A stretch of 64,000 bases of DNA from Vicinamibacterales bacterium (GCA_041394685.1 JAWKHU010000034.1:150827-214826), one strand, 5' to 3'; counted from the stretch's first letter, positions 36,871 through 48,507 are shown. The notes: generated from the letters alone by a model not told the origin. Program-made: numbers and translations.

Positions 36871-36888
36871 GCGCCCGGTCCCGTATTT

Positions 36889-36968
36889 CTGCCTTGAGCC
36901 TTTTGCCTTGAGCCTTTTGCCTTGAGCCTTTTGCCTTTTGCCTTGTGCCTCCTGCCTTCTGCCTTCTG
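36889..36968. repeat. 7/14-nt microsatellite (TGCCTTGAGCCTTT x3, then TGCCTTN units) downstream of the DHFR-family gene
   Basis: Read directly. It is the reverse-complement type of the AAGGCA repeat at 48350..48412. Confidence 0.9.
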
Positions 36969-37008
36969 AATTCCGCGTTCCGCCTTCCCCCTTGATACCG
37001 TGGTCCGC

Positions 37009-37483
37009 ATGGACATCCGCCCGGCAACGCGGGACGAGCTCGATCAGCTCGCCACGCTCTGGTTCGACGGCTGGCACGATGGGCACGCCGCGGTTCTGCC
37101 CGCCGAGCTGGCGCGCCGGCGGACGTGGGCGAGGTTTCCGCCAGCGTCTCGACGCCGGGTTCGACGCGATTCGTGTCTCCGGTCCGCCCGGACGCCCGGA
37201 GGGTTTCTCGATGGTCGCCGGGGACGAGCTCTACCAGCTCTACGTCGCGGCGTGCGCCCGTGGCGGGGCACGGCCGCGCGCCTGCTCCGAGGAGGCGAGG
37301 CTCGCATGTCGGCGGCCGGTGTCGGCTGGCCTGGCCTGGCCTGTGCCATCGGGAACGACCGCGCCGCCCGCTTCTACAGGAAAGCACGGCTGGCGCCGGG
37401 CTGGTGTGGTGGTCAGCGTGCTGCCAACCGAGGAGGGTCCGTTTCCAATCGAGGTGTGGCAGTGCGAGAAGCCGCTGGCGTGA
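37009..37483 (+). CDS. GNAT family N-acetyltransferase (about 2 frame breaks)
   Basis: 'MDIRPATRDELDQLATLWFDGWHDGHAAVLP', then 'ELYQLYVAACARG', then 'AIGNDRAARFYRK', then 'HGWRRAGVVVSVLPTEEGPFPIEVWQCEKPLA'. Confidence 0.7.
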
Positions 37484-37581
37484 CGGCCTCTTCGAGCGGA
37501 TAGGATGTAGGGACCGTGATGTCCGCGCGCTCTCACCCCCGCATGTGTCGCCAGCCGCCGGCCCGTCGCGTAAGCGCGACG

Positions 37582-38136
37582 ATGACCGGGCTGGTGCGGG
37601 CCCCGTGGCTGGTCGCCGCCGTGTGCGTCGGTGCGGCGGGCGTGGGCTGCTCGGACTCGCAGAACCCGGTGACGCCCACTCCGGGCGTGGCCGCGTGGGC
37701 ACCAGGCCCGTACGTCTTCAGCGTCACGCTTGGCGCCGCCTGCACCGGCACGGTCCCGGCGGGCACCCGCATCGCCTCGCTGGTGACGCTGAGCCGCGAC
37801 GGCAGTGCCTGGTGCTGCGTCCCCGCGCGACGGGCGATGGGGACATCGAGATCCGGCTCTTCGAGGGCGTGACGGGCGGGCTGGCCACGATCGCGGCCAC
37901 GGGATCCGCGCGCGGGACGGCCATCGACACCAGTCTCGCTGGCGGTGCCGTTCGTGGTGCGCTTCGCGGGAGACACGACGCCGATGGCCGCCGTGAGCGG
38001 CTCCATCGAGACCGCACACGTGCCGGGCCGCGCCAACGCCTCGGGCGAGGCGCGCGGTACGATCGCCGTCACGACACCCACAGGCACGTCCACGTGCACG
38101 CAGGTGCCCTGGCAGGTCCAGGCGCCCTCGAGCTGA
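37582..38136 (+). CDS. Hypothetical lipoprotein (frame breaks)
   Basis: Lipobox 'AAVCVGAAGVGCSDS'. The continuation is found in the frames of ORFs 37125..38144 and 37945..38136. Confidence 0.4.
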
Positions 38137-38140
38137 ACGC

Positions 38141-39101
38141 ATGAAAGCCATCGTCCAGGACGCCTACGGCTCACCCGATGTGCTGCGACTGGACGAGGTG
38201 CCGACACCGGTCCCCGGCGAGGGTGACGTGCTGGTGCGGACCCGGGCGGCGGCGCTGGACCCTGGCGTCTGGCACCTCATGGCGGGCCGTCCGTATCTCA
38301 TCCGGGTCATGGGCATGGGATTCCGGCGGCCGAAGACGCGAGTCCGCGGCAGCGACGGCTGGTGTCGTCGAGGCCGTTGGCGCGGCCGTCACGTCGGTCG
38401 CGCCCGGCGACGCCGTGTTCGGCGCATGCGGCGGGGCGTTCGCCGAGTTCGTGTGCGGGCCCGCCGATCGCTTCGTCCGCAAGCCAGAGGCGCTGAGCTT
38501 CGAGCACGCCGCCACGCTCGCCACGTCAGGCCTCACGGCTGTACAGCGCTGCGCGCAAGGCGGAGGTCAGGGCCGGCCACCAGGTGCTCGTCATCGGCGC
38601 GGCCGGCGGCGTCGGCGGGTTCAGCGTGCAGCTGGCGCGGGCGCAGGCGCCACCGTCACCGGTGTCTGCAGCACGGGCAAGATCGACCTCGTCCGCGCCC
38701 TCGGCGCCGAGGACGTCATCGACTACACGCGCACGGGGATTGCCGACGGCGGGCGGCGCTGGGACGTGATCGTGGACACGGCCGGCGCTAACCGGCCGCT
38801 CTCGGAACTGCGGCGCGCGTTGGCCCCGCGGAGGCTTCGCTCGTCCTCGTGGGCGGCGAGCTCGGTGGCGCTGGCTCGGGGGCCTCGAGCGGCACCTTGG
38901 CGCGCTGATCCTGTCGCCGCTGGTCGGGCAGCGGCTGCTGCGTTCTTCGCATCGGGAAGCCACGCCGACCTGGAGCACCTCGCGCAGATGGCACAGAGCG
39001 GTCGGCTGCGCGCGACCATCGATCGCACCTACGCGCTGGCCGATGTGCCGGGCGCCATCCGGTACTGCACGAGGGCCACGCCGCAGGGAAAGTCGTCATA
39101 A
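38141..39101 (+). CDS. Zinc-type/MDR-family NAD(P)-dependent oxidoreductase (quinone oxidoreductase-like); several frame breaks
   Basis: 'MKAIVQDAYGSPDVLRLDEVPTPVPGEGDVLVRTRAAALDPGVWHLMAGRPYLIRV', then 'AGVVEAVGAAVTSVAPGDAVFG...', then 'VLVIGAAGGVGGFSVQLAR'. Confidence 0.75.
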
Positions 39102-39168
39102 CGGTGGCATAGTCCCGCGCTGAGGGCTGCACGCAAGCCCGCAGCCGGCCTATGCTAGACGCCGGCGT

Positions 39169-40257
39169 ATGAGACGCAGCTTCCACAAGGCCCATCCCGC
39201 CGCCGGGTCCCGTCCCGGCACCCTCGTCATCCCCCCGGGCTCCCCTCCGCCCCGCATCTCGGTCATGCGCTACAGCGCGGAGTCGATCGAGGAGTGGTCG
39301 CTGGCGGGCCCGGACGAACTGCCGCGCGAGTTCCCCGAGGGGACCGTGACGTGGGTGGACGTGCAGGGATACGGCGACGAGGCGGCCGTCCGTGCCATCG
39401 GGGCGCATTTCGAGCTCTCGCCGCTCGCCCTGGAAGACGCCATCAACGCCCCGCAGCGGCCCAAGAGCGAAATCTATTCCGGCTACCACCTGGTGATCTC
39501 GCGGGTGCCCATTGTCGACGGTCAGCACCTGCGCATGCCGCAGGTGTGCTTCGTCGTGGGCGAGCGCGTGCTGGTCAGCTTCCAGGAGCGGCCGCTGGGC
39601 CTGTTCGACCCGGTGCGGGAGCGCCTGCGGCTCCGCGTGGGCCCCATGCGGCGCGCGGGCTCCGACTACCTGTGCTACGCGCTGATCGACACGATGGTGG
39701 ACCGCTACTACCCGGTCGTGGAGGCGCTGTCGAACGAGCTCGACGACATCGAGGACTCGCTGCTCGAGGACGCCGAGTCGGACGTGCTGGCGCGCCTCCG
39801 CACCGTCCGGCGCCGACTGGTGCTGGTGCGGCGCATCGGCGCGCCGCAGCGCGAGATGGTGGCCAGCCTGCAACGCGACCCGTCGCAGTGGGTGAGCCCG
39901 CAGGTACGCGAGTACCTGCGCGACACCCAGGATCACATCTCGCAGATCGTCGAGCTGATCGAGGCCTCACGCGAGATGGCCACGGCGCTGGCCGACGAGC
40001 TGCTGTCGCTGGTGGGGCAGAAGACGAACGAGATCATGAAGGTGCTGACGCTGATGGCCAGCATCTTCATCCCGCTCACGTTCATCGCCGGCATCTACGG
40101 GATGAACTTCGAGAACATGCCCGAGTTGCACGAGCCGCGCGGCTACTTCTTCGTGCTGGCCGTGATGGCGGTGGTCGCCGGCGGCATGCTCTGGTACTTC
40201 TATCGGCGCGGCTGGATGGGGCGTCCGCCCCGCTCACGGTCCGACGCCGCCACCTGA
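39169..40257 (+). CDS. corA: Magnesium/cobalt transporter CorA
   Basis: Intact 362-aa ORF with 'LTLMASIFIPLTFIAGIYGMNFENMPEL'. Confidence 0.9.
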   Translation: MRRSFHKAHPAAGSRPGTLVIPPGSPPPRISVMRYSAESIEEWSLAGPDELPREFPEGTVTWVDVQGYGDEAAVRAIGAHFELSPLALEDAINAPQRPKSEIYSGYHLVISRVPIVDGQHLRMPQVCFVVGERVLVSFQERPLGLFDPVRERLRLRVGPMRRAGSDYLCYALIDTMVDRYYPVVEALSNELDDIEDSLLEDAESDVLARLRTVRRRLVLVRRIGAPQREMVASLQRDPSQWVSPQVREYLRDTQDHISQIVELIEASREMATALADELLSLVGQKTNEIMKVLTLMASIFIPLTFIAGIYGMNFENMPELHEPRGYFFVLAVMAVVAGGMLWYFYRRGWMGRPPRSRSDAAT

Positions 40258-40261
40258 CGCC

Positions 40262-40756
40262 TCAGTAGCGCAGGCGCAGCAGGCGCGGCTGCGGCCCGCG
40301 CGACACCACCAGCAGGTTGTCGTACTCGTCGTCTCCGATCTCGATCGCCGGCTGCTCGGAGAGCGCAGCAGCCAATTCGGGGACGGTGTTGGAGTGGCCC
40401 ACGACCAGGGCGTGGCCCTTCACCGCGCGCAGCCGGGCGAGCAGCGCGGGGGTGTCATCGGCCTGCATCACCACCGGCACCAGTCCGAGGGCCTTGGCCA
40501 GCGGGGCGGCCGTCTGCTGCGTCCGCTTGTACTGCGTCACGAAGATGGCGGTGATTCCGGCGTCCTTCAGCATGGCGGCCAGACGCGTGGCCCGCGCGTG
40601 TCCGGCCGCGCTCAGGTCCGGATCCGCGGCCATCGTCGGCGAGCCGCCAGCGCTGGTGTCGGCCCGCTCGGCGTGGCGCACGAGGACGACGGACTGCGCC
40701 GTCGAGGGCAGGGAGGCCGACAGCAGCAGGGACAGGGCGAGGACGACGCGTGACAT
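40262..40756 (-). CDS. Histidine phosphatase family protein (SixA-like), secreted
   Basis: 'MSRVVLALSLLLSASLPSTAQSVVLVRHAERAD...VVGHSNTVPEL'. Confidence 0.75.
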   Translation of the reverse strand: MSRVVLALSLLLSASLPSTAQSVVLVRHAERADTSAGGSPTMAADPDLSAAGHARATRLAAMLKDAGITAIFVTQYKRTQQTAAPLAKALGLVPVVMQADDTPALLARLRAVKGHALVVGHSNTVPELAAALSEQPAIEIGDDEYDNLLVVSRGPQPRLLRLRY

Positions 40757-40785
40757 GGTGACTCCAGGAAAAGGACGCGCGGCGG

Positions 40786-42057
40786 CTACCACGCTGTCAT
40801 GGCGGTCTCGAAGAGCTGCGAGAGGTCCTCGGGCCCGGCCGGGCGCGGCGACAGCTTCGTCACCCGGTGCTGGGGCAGCGTGCCCTCGACGAGTGCGGGC
40901 CATCCGCCGTCGTGTAGCCCACGGCGGCCAGGCCGTTGGGCACCTGCAGCCGCTGCATGTACCGGGTGATCCGCTCGGCGGGATCGCCCCGGCGTCATCG
41001 GGCCGCCGGCCGGACACGTCCGCGCCGAGCGCGGCCGCCGCTTCCAGGTGACGTGCCGGGCTGGAGGGGGCCGTGAAGCGGAACACGGCCGGCGCGTTCA
41101 GGATCACCGACATCCCGTGCGGCACGATGGGGTGGTCCACGGCGTAGCCGGGAGCGCGGAAGGTCCGGACGTGCCCGGACACCGGGTACGACATGCCGTG
41201 CGGCAGGTGCACCCCCGCATTGCCGAACCCCACGCCCGCATAGGAGGCCGCCAGAATCATGCTGGCGCGCGCCTCGTCGTCGTCGGGATCCTCCACGGCG
41301 CGGACGAGGAAGCGAGCGACCAGGCGAAGCGCCTCCATCGACCACACGTCGCTGATGGGGTTGGAGCCCTGGTAGGCGGGCCGCAGCGCCGGGCGCTCCG
41401 GTCGCGGCCGTCCCGTGAAGGGGATGGCGGTGAACGATTCGATGGCGTGGCTGAGGATGTCCAGCCCGCTCGACGCGGCCACCTGCGGCGGCATGGTGCG
41501 CGTGTTTCCGGGATCCAGCAGGCCGAGCGTCGGCGAGCCGCCTGTTGGCGATGCCGGTCTTGGCGTGCATGCGGGTCAGGTCGAAGATGCTGACCCCGGT
41601 GGTCTCGCTGCCGGTCCCCGCCGTCGTCGGGACGGCGATGGGGCTTGAGCGGGCCGGGCACCGGCAAGCCCTTGCCGATGGGCGGGTTCACGTAGTCCAG
41701 GAAGTCCGCGGGCGGGTAGGTGCTGTACAGGTTCACGGCTTTGGCCGTGTCCATCGCGGAGCCGCCGCCCACCGCCACGATGGCGTCGAAGGTATCGGTG
41801 CCCGCGAAGGCGATGGCCTCGAGCAGCGACTCGTCGGTCGGTTCCACGCGCACGCGATCGAACACCGCGAAGGGCACGTGGTGGTCGTCCAGCGATTCGA
41901 GCACCGTTGCCACCGGCGGGAGCCGTGCCACGGTTGGATCCGTGATGACCAGCGCGCGCCGGATGCCGAGCTCCGCCAGGTCGGCGCCCACCTCGCGCGT
42001 CACGCCGGCGCCAAAGCGCACGGCCGATGCGGCCATCTCGAATGCGAAGTCGTTCAC
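40786..42057 (-). CDS. Iron-containing alcohol dehydrogenase / hydroxyacid-oxoacid transhydrogenase-like protein (several frame breaks)
   Basis: 'FDAIVAVGGGSAMDTAKAVNLY', 'MHAKTGIANRRL', 'DILSHAIESFTA', 'GVHLPHGMSYPVSG' and the tail 'LPQHRVTKLSPRPAGPEDLSQLFETAMTAW'. Confidence 0.8.
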
Positions 42058-43716
42058 TTTCCGTATCCAGGGCCGCGGACGACCTGTCCGGGCTTTGCGC
42101 CGGTGTGCTCGCCGTTCTCCAGCACCTGGGTGCCGTTGACCCAGACGTGCACCATGCCGGTGGCGTACTGGTGCGGGTTCTCGTAGGTGGCGCGATCGGC
42201 AATGGTCGCCGCGTCGAAGGCCACGACGTCCGCGAACATACCGGGCGCCAGGCGCCCGCGGTCCGTGATGCGGAGCGTCGCCGCCGGGAACGAGGTGAGG
42301 CGGCGGATGGCGTCTTCGAGCGTGGCCGCCTTCTCGTCACGTACGTACTTGCCCAGCAGCCGCGCGAAGTTGCCGTAGGCACGCGGGTGCGTGCTCTGCT
42401 TCAGGAACACGCCTTCGGCGGCCATGGAGGCGGCGTCGGATCCGAAGGCCACCCACGGCAGGCCGACCTGCCGTTTCGTGTTCTCCTCCGACATGAGGAA
42501 GTAGACGACCTGCACGCGGCTGCCGTCCTCGACGACGAGGTCCATGGCGGTTTCCTCGGGCGAGGTGCCCCGATCCGTGGCGACCTCGTCGAGCGTCTTG
42601 CCGATCAGGCCCCGGAGCGCGGTGTTGCGGAAGCCGACCAGCAGCGTGCCCTTCGGGCCCGCGGCCATGAACATGTTCTCCCACTCGTCAGTGGGCGTCA
42701 GCATCTCCTTCCGCACCCGCGCCCGAATCGACGGGTCCTTGAGCCGCGTCGCCCATTCCTGGTAGCCGCCCTCCTGCACCCACGGCGGCATCGCGGCGTC
42801 GAGCCCATCGAGCCGGCCGTGTAGGTGTCATGTCGGCCGTGATCTCCAGACCCTCGGCGCGTGCGGCCTCGACGCGGGCGATGACATCATCGAGCTTCGG
42901 CCAGTTGGCCTCGCCGGCCGCCTTGAGGTGATAGATCTCGGCGCGGAGGTTGCCCTCCCTTGCAATTGTCACGAGCTCGTCCACGGCCTGCGGGAGCTGG
43001 TTGCCTTCGCTCCGCATGTGCGAGATAGTCATGCCGCCGTGCTCGGAGGCGACCTTCGCCAGCTCCACGAGCTCGTCGGTCTTCGCATAGAAGCCCGGCG
43101 CGTAGATGAGGGCCGAGGACACGCCCATCGCACCCTCGCCATCGCGGTGCGGACGTCGCCCGCATGCGATCGAGTTCCTCGGGCGTCGGCGCGCGGTCGG
43201 CGTAGCCAATCTCGTTGACGCGGACGGTCGCAGCTCCGACGAAGGACGCCACGTTGGGCGTGATGCCGCGCGCGACCAGCCAGTCCAGGTACTCGCCCAG
43301 GGTGGTCCACCCGATCTCGAACCGGATGTCGCTCTGGCGGGCACTGGAATCCGCCTTCATGCGGTCGTTCATCGGGCCCATCGAGCCCTCGCCGAACACC
43401 TCGAGCGTCACGCCCTGCTTGATCTCGCCCATCGACCGGCCGTCGGCGATGAGCGACGTCTCGGAGTGGCTCAGCATGTTGATGAAACCGGGCGCGACGG
43501 TGAGCCCCTGCGCAGTCACCTCCGTCGTGGCGGTCGCGTTGCCCAGTTCGCCGATGGCCGCGATGCGCTGGCCGGCGATGGCCACGTCGGCCGCCGTGGC
43601 GGGCACACCCGTCCCGTCCACGACCGTGCCGTTCCGATGATGACGTCGTAGTGGGGCGGGCTCGAGCAGCCGGCCAGCACCACGAGCCACGCACCGAGGG
43701 CAATCCGCACACGCAT
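42054..43716 (-). CDS. N-acyl-D-amino-acid deacylase (D-aminoacylase) family amidohydrolase with a lipoprotein signal (frame breaks)
   Basis: 'MRVRIALGAWLVVLAGCS', 'GFINMLSHSETSLIADGRSMGEIKQGVTLEVFGEG' and the C-terminal ORF 42054..42791(-) 'FGSDAASMAAEGVFLKQSTHPRAYGNFARLLGKYVRDE'. Confidence 0.8.
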
Positions 43717-43788
43717 CGGGGAACCTCCAGCCCAGCGAGCCGCGCCTGCGGGCGTGAGCTTATCACCCTGCCGCGCACGCGGCGGCGC

Positions 43789-45155
43789 TCAGTCGGACCA
43801 GGACGTGAGCTGGGCTTCGAGGCTGGCGCGCGCCGGCCCGTGGACCGTCGCAGATCGAGGACGACGCGGTCGTCCACGATGCGGGCGATGACAGGAACGG
43901 GCAGCGCACGGAGCCGCGCGTCGAGTCCGGCAGCCGTGAGGCCCGGGCGTGCGATCGCGAGCAGCGTCGTCGGCAGCGGGACGCCGGGCGCGCTGCCCGC
44001 CGCCGACCGCGGAGGTGCCGGGCGCGAGCGAGACGTTCCAGCCCGCGTTCGCCAGCGTGTCGCCGAGAGCGCGGGCGGCGTCGCCGATGGCGGCCGCGTC
44101 GAGCGCGAGCATCGCGCGGACGGGATGGTGGAGCCGGCCCTGCCGGCGAGGTACTCGAGGAGCGTGGCCTCGAGCGCCGCGTAGGTGAGCTTGTCCACCC
44201 GGAACGCGCGCATCAGCGGGTGGCAGCAGCTGATCGACCAGGGCGCGGCGGCCGGCGGATGCCGGCCTGCGGACCCCCGAGCAGCTTGTCGCCGCTGAAG
44301 CACACCAGGTCCACGCCGGCCGGCCAGCGAGGCGCGCACGCTCGGCTCGTCGCCGAGACCGGAGTCGAGGTTACCGCTGCCCAGGTCCTCGACCACCGGG
44401 ATGTCCAGCCGGCGGCCGGCCTGCACGAGATCGTCGAGGCCCGGACGCTCGGTGAATCCCTCCACCCTGAAGTTGGACGGGTGGACGCGCAGGATGAGCG
44501 CGGTCTTCGGTCCCGCGGCCGCGGCGTAGTCGGCCACGCGGGTCCGGTTCGTCGTGCCCACCTCGCGCAGGACGGCGCCGGACTGCGCCATCACGTCCGG
44601 CACCCGGAACCCGCCGCCGATTTCCACGAGCTCCCCGCGCGAGATGATCACCTCGCGGCCGCGGGCCAGCGCCGCCAGCAGCAGCAGCGTCGCGGCGGCG
44701 TTGTTGTTGACGACGATTGCCGCCTCCGCGCCGGTGAGCTGCGTGAGGAGTGGCTCGGCATGCACCGTGCGGGAGCCGCGTGTGCCGGCGTGGACGTCGA
44801 ACTCGAGGTTGGTGTATCCGCGGGCGGCCTCGGCGAGCCGGGCGATGGCGGGCTCGGCCAGCGGCGCGCGTCCCAGGTTGGTGTGGAGGATGACGCCGGT
44901 GGCGTTGATGACCGGCCTGAGCGACCCCGCGAAGCGGTGCCGGAGCGCCTCCCCGGCCGCGCGCTCGATGGCCGCGGCTGCCTCGTCGGGTGTGGTGTCG
45001 CCGGGTGCACCCGCCTGCAACCGCGCGCGCACGGCGGCCGCGGCGGCCCGGACGGCGTCCCGGACGGCCTCCGCGCCGTACTGCCCTTCGAGTGCCTGAA
45101 TGCCGCTCCGCTTCGTCAGGCGATCGATCGACGGGATGACGCGCGGCGAGGCCAT
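43789..45155 (-). CDS. selA: L-seryl-tRNA(Sec) selenium transferase (frame breaks in the 3' third)
   Basis: 'MASPRVIPSIDRL...LRPVINATGVILHTNLGRAPLA...YTNLEFDVHAGTRGSR...AAIVVNNNAAATLL...REVIISRGELVEIGGGFRVPDVM...LILRVHPSNFRVEGFT'. Confidence 0.85.
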
Positions 45156-45233
45156 GGGCGCCGATCGTATCGCGGAAGACCGGGGCCCCGGCGCCTTCCC
45201 GATCCCACGGAACCCTGTTACGATCTCCGGGCC

Positions 45234-45602
45234 ATGTCCGGCCGAACGACCCGCCCCCTCGAACGCTTCTGGCCCTACGTCGACAAGCCGGAGGAGCCGA
45301 CGGCCGAGGAACTGGCGGCGCTGGACCCCGACCTGCACGCGGCGCTCTTCGGTCCGCGCACGCTTCCGTTCTCGGTCACGCTCGTCTTCGGCGCCTTCGA
45401 TGGGCCCGACTACGCGCGGGCACTGGAGATGGCGCGTGCCGCGGCCGAATACCGGACCGTGGGGGAGGGCGATCGGCTGCGCCACCGTGCGCGGTTCTTC
45501 CCGGGCGACGCGCTCAAGATGCGCGATCTCTACGAGGTCATCGGCGGGCAGCCCACGTGCGACGTGCTCATCGACGACCGGCCGCTTCCGTCACGCCCGT
45601 GA
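45234..45602 (+). CDS. Hypothetical protein (122 aa)
   Basis: In-frame ATG within ORF 44220..45602: 'MSGRTTRPLERFWPYVDKPEEPTAEELAALDPDLHAALFG...'. Confidence 0.4.
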   Translation: MSGRTTRPLERFWPYVDKPEEPTAEELAALDPDLHAALFGPRTLPFSVTLVFGAFDGPDYARALEMARAAAEYRTVGEGDRLRHRARFFPGDALKMRDLYEVIGGQPTCDVLIDDRPLPSRP

Positions 45603-45647
45603 CCTGTGGCTCCCCTCATCTGGTTCCTGCTGCTGCCGTGAGGGCCG

Positions 45648-46286
45648 ATGCCGCCACCGAAATCAGAGTTCGACCGGGAGTTCCAGTTGCTCGAAGCCGA
45701 GTTGAGGCGGCTCGAGGGCGACTACAACCAGTACTTCGCCGGGCGGCTGCCGAGGCCTCCCTGGGAACAACGGACCCGCGTGGACCAGATGATGAAGCGG
45801 TACGACCGCATGCACATCCAGAACACGGGGGACCGCTTCCGCTTCCAGACGCTGCAATCGCGCTGGGCGAAGTTCGCCGAGTTGTGGGACCGGCAGATGA
45901 ACGCCATGGAAACGGGGCGTCGTCCCGGCATGCGCGCCTCGCGCGCGCCCATGCCGCCGCCGCGGCCCCCGTCGCCGGCACCCGACGAGGCGCCGTCCCG
46001 CGACCGTGTCCAGGCGCCGCCGCCGGCGGAGCCGTCACGCCCCTCGCCGGGGCAGATGCGGCTGACCGATCCGGGCGCGCAGGAGGACCGGGTCCAGGCG
46101 CTCTACGAGCAGGTGTCGCGGGCGAGGAAGGACGCGGGCGAGAAGCCCGTGGAGTACGCGCGCTTCACCGAGCTCGTCCGGGCCCAGGTGCGCAAGCACG
46201 GGACCGGCGGCAAGGAAGTGGCGTTTCAGGTGGATGTGAAGAACGGGAAGGTGACGCTGTCGGCGAAGGCGAGCGAGAAGGACTGA
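45648..46286 (+). CDS. Conserved hypothetical protein with a central Pro-rich linker (212 aa)
   Basis: Intact ORF 'FQLLEAELRRLEGDYNQYFAGRLPRPPWEQRTRVDQMMKRYDRMHIQNTGDRFRFQTLQSRWAKF'. Confidence 0.5.
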   Translation: MPPPKSEFDREFQLLEAELRRLEGDYNQYFAGRLPRPPWEQRTRVDQMMKRYDRMHIQNTGDRFRFQTLQSRWAKFAELWDRQMNAMETGRRPGMRASRAPMPPPRPPSPAPDEAPSRDRVQAPPPAEPSRPSPGQMRLTDPGAQEDRVQALYEQVSRARKDAGEKPVEYARFTELVRAQVRKHGTGGKEVAFQVDVKNGKVTLSAKASEKD

Positions 46287-46344
46287 CGGGGGGCGTAAGC
46301 GGCTGGCGCCAGGTGCGGCCCGGCGCCAGCTGGTCGAAAGCGGC

Positions 46345-46548
46345 TCAGACGCGGGTGACGTTGCCCGCCTGCGGGCCCTTCGGCCCGTCGACGATTTCAA
46401 ACTCCACCGGCTGGCCCTCCTCGAGGGAGCGGAAGCCAGAGCCCTGGATCGCCGAGTAGTGCACGAAGACGTCGCTCCCGCCCTCGCGCTCGATGAAGCC
46501 ATAGCCCTTGGCGTTGTTGAACCACTTGACCTTGCCTGTGATACGCAT
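46345..46548 (-). CDS. cspA: Cold-shock protein (CspA family, 67 aa)
   Basis: '[64 protein letters not shown]'. Confidence 0.95.
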   Translation of the reverse strand: MRITGKVKWFNNAKGYGFIEREGGSDVFVHYSAIQGSGFRSLEEGQPVEFEIVDGPKGPQAGNVTRV

Positions 46549-46626
46549 CGTTCTTCTTCCTGGTGCGGTGGACGTGCCACCGTGTCGCCTTCCCACCCCG
46601 CAGCCGCCGGCCACGGACTGGGGCAC

Positions 46627-46653
46627 AAAAAAAAGCCGCACTGCGCGGCTTTT
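46627..46653 (-). terminator. Terminator-like hairpin (stem AGCCGC/GCGGCT extended by A/T runs) with a T8 tail on the minus strand, located in the csp leader / csp-purH divergent spacer
   Basis: 'acaaaaaaaagccgcactgcgcggcttttcc'. Confidence 0.5.
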
Positions 46654-46729
46654 CCGGGTCCGGTAACCTGGACCGCAGCGGCATTCTCCAGTTCCGTTAC
46701 ATTTGGTGTCAATCGTCAACAAAGGGATC

Positions 46730-48341
46730 ATGAAACGCGCCATTCTCAGTGTGTCCGATAAGACCGGCCTGCTGGAGTTCGCCCGCGGCCTGGCTGCCCG
46801 GGATTACCAACTGGTCTCCACCGGCGGCACCGCCCGCACCCTGGCCGAGGCCGGGTTGGCGGTGGTCAACGTCTCCGACGTGACCGGATTCCCCGAGATG
46901 ATGGACGGCCGGGTCAAGACACTGCACCCGCTCGTCCACGGCGGCATCCTCGCCCGGCGGGACCATCCAGAGGACCTCGCGGCCGCCGCAGCCCACGGGA
47001 TCGGCCTGGTGGATCTCGTGGTCGTCAACCTCTATCCCTTCGTCCAGACCGCCGCACGCGGAGACGTGGGCTTCGACGCGCTGATCGAGCAGATCGACAT
47101 CGGCGGTCCGAGCCTCGTGCGCGCGGCTGCCAAGAACTTCCGCGATGTGCTCGTCGTCGTGTCACCTGCCGACTACCCAGCCGTTCTCGCGGCGATCGAC
47201 GCCGACGACGGGCCCTCGGCGGCGTTCCGCTTCGACCTGGCGCGGCGTGCCTTCGCCCACACCGGCGCCTACGACAGCGCCATCGCCTCCACCCTCGAGG
47301 AGGTGACGGCCGACGACGCGGGGTTCCGGCGCGATCCGGCGAACCCGCCGTTCGCCCCCGCTACCGTGCGGCTGTCGGCGACCAAGATCCGGGACCTGCG
47401 CTACGGGGAGAACCCGCACCAGCCGGCGGCCTGGTATGCGCTCGACGCCGCGGCGGGCCTCGGCGCGCCCACGGTGCACCAGGGCAAGGAGCTGTCCTAC
47501 ACGAACCTCCTCGACCTCGACGCCGCGGCGCGCATCGTGCTGGAGTTCGACGAACCGGCGGCCTCCGTCATCAAGCACACCAATCCGTGCGGCACGGCCA
47601 CGGGCGCCACTATCGCCGAGGCCTACGTCCGGGCGCGCGAGGCCGACGCGCTGGCCGCCTTCGGCGGCATCGTCGGGCTCAACCGGCCGATCGACGTGGA
47701 CACGGCGAAGGCAATCGTGTCCACCTTCATCGAAGCCGTCGTCGCGCCGGACGTGGACGAGCTCGCGCTGCCGATTCTGGCGACCAAGGCCAACCTGCGC
47801 GTCGTGACCGCCGACTTCGCGTCGGTGGAGGGGCCGTCGGCGCCTCTGGCGCTCGCCCGCGAGTGGCGGTCCGTGCTGGGCGCGCTGCTCCTGCAGGAGC
47901 GCGATCGCGTGCCCGAAGCCCGCACGTCCTGGCCCGCCGACACCCTGCGCGTTGTCACCAGGCGCGAGCCGACCGCGGAGGAGTGGCAGGCGCTGCGCTT
48001 CGCGTGGCGCGTCATGGCGCACGTGAAGTCGAACACGGTGATCTTCACCGACGCGGTGAAGACGCTGGCGATCGGCGCAGGGCAGATGAGCCGCGTGGAC
48101 GCCGTCAAGGTGGCCACGGCCAAGGCCGGCGCCTGGAGCGGACCGCCTGCGCTGCTGAAGGGGAGCGTGGCCGCGTCGGATGCGTTCTTCCCGTTCCGCG
48201 ACGGCCTCGACGCCGTCGCCGCGGCCGGCGCCACCGCCGTGGTGCAGCCCGGCGGCTCGGTGCGCGACGCGGAAGTCATCGCCCGCCGACGAGCACGGGC
48301 TCGCCATGGTGTTCACGGGGCGGCGGCACTTCAGGCATTGA
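46730..48341 (+). CDS. purH: Bifunctional AICAR formyltransferase / IMP cyclohydrolase (frameshift near 48285)
   Basis: '[21 protein letters not shown]...STGGTARTL...[15 protein letters not shown]'. The natural end '[18 protein letters not shown]' lies in a shifted frame. Confidence 0.92.
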
Positions 48342-48349
48342 GGGGGACG

Positions 48350-48412
48350 AAGGTAACAGGCGCAAGGCACAAGGCAAAAGGCACAAGGCAAAAAAGCAAG
48401 TCGCGAAGACAA
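48350..48412. repeat. 7-nt microsatellite (AAGGCAN units) immediately after the purH stop
   Basis: 'acaggcgcaaggcacaaggcaaaaggcacaaggcaaaaaagcaag'. Confidence 0.85.
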
Positions 48413-48507
48413 AGCATAGACATTCCCTAGACATGGTTTGACACCGCTGCCGGCGGTGCGGAGCACGCTCTCCTTCCAGTTCTGCTCGTCCCCGAAGGAG
48501 AATCCCC

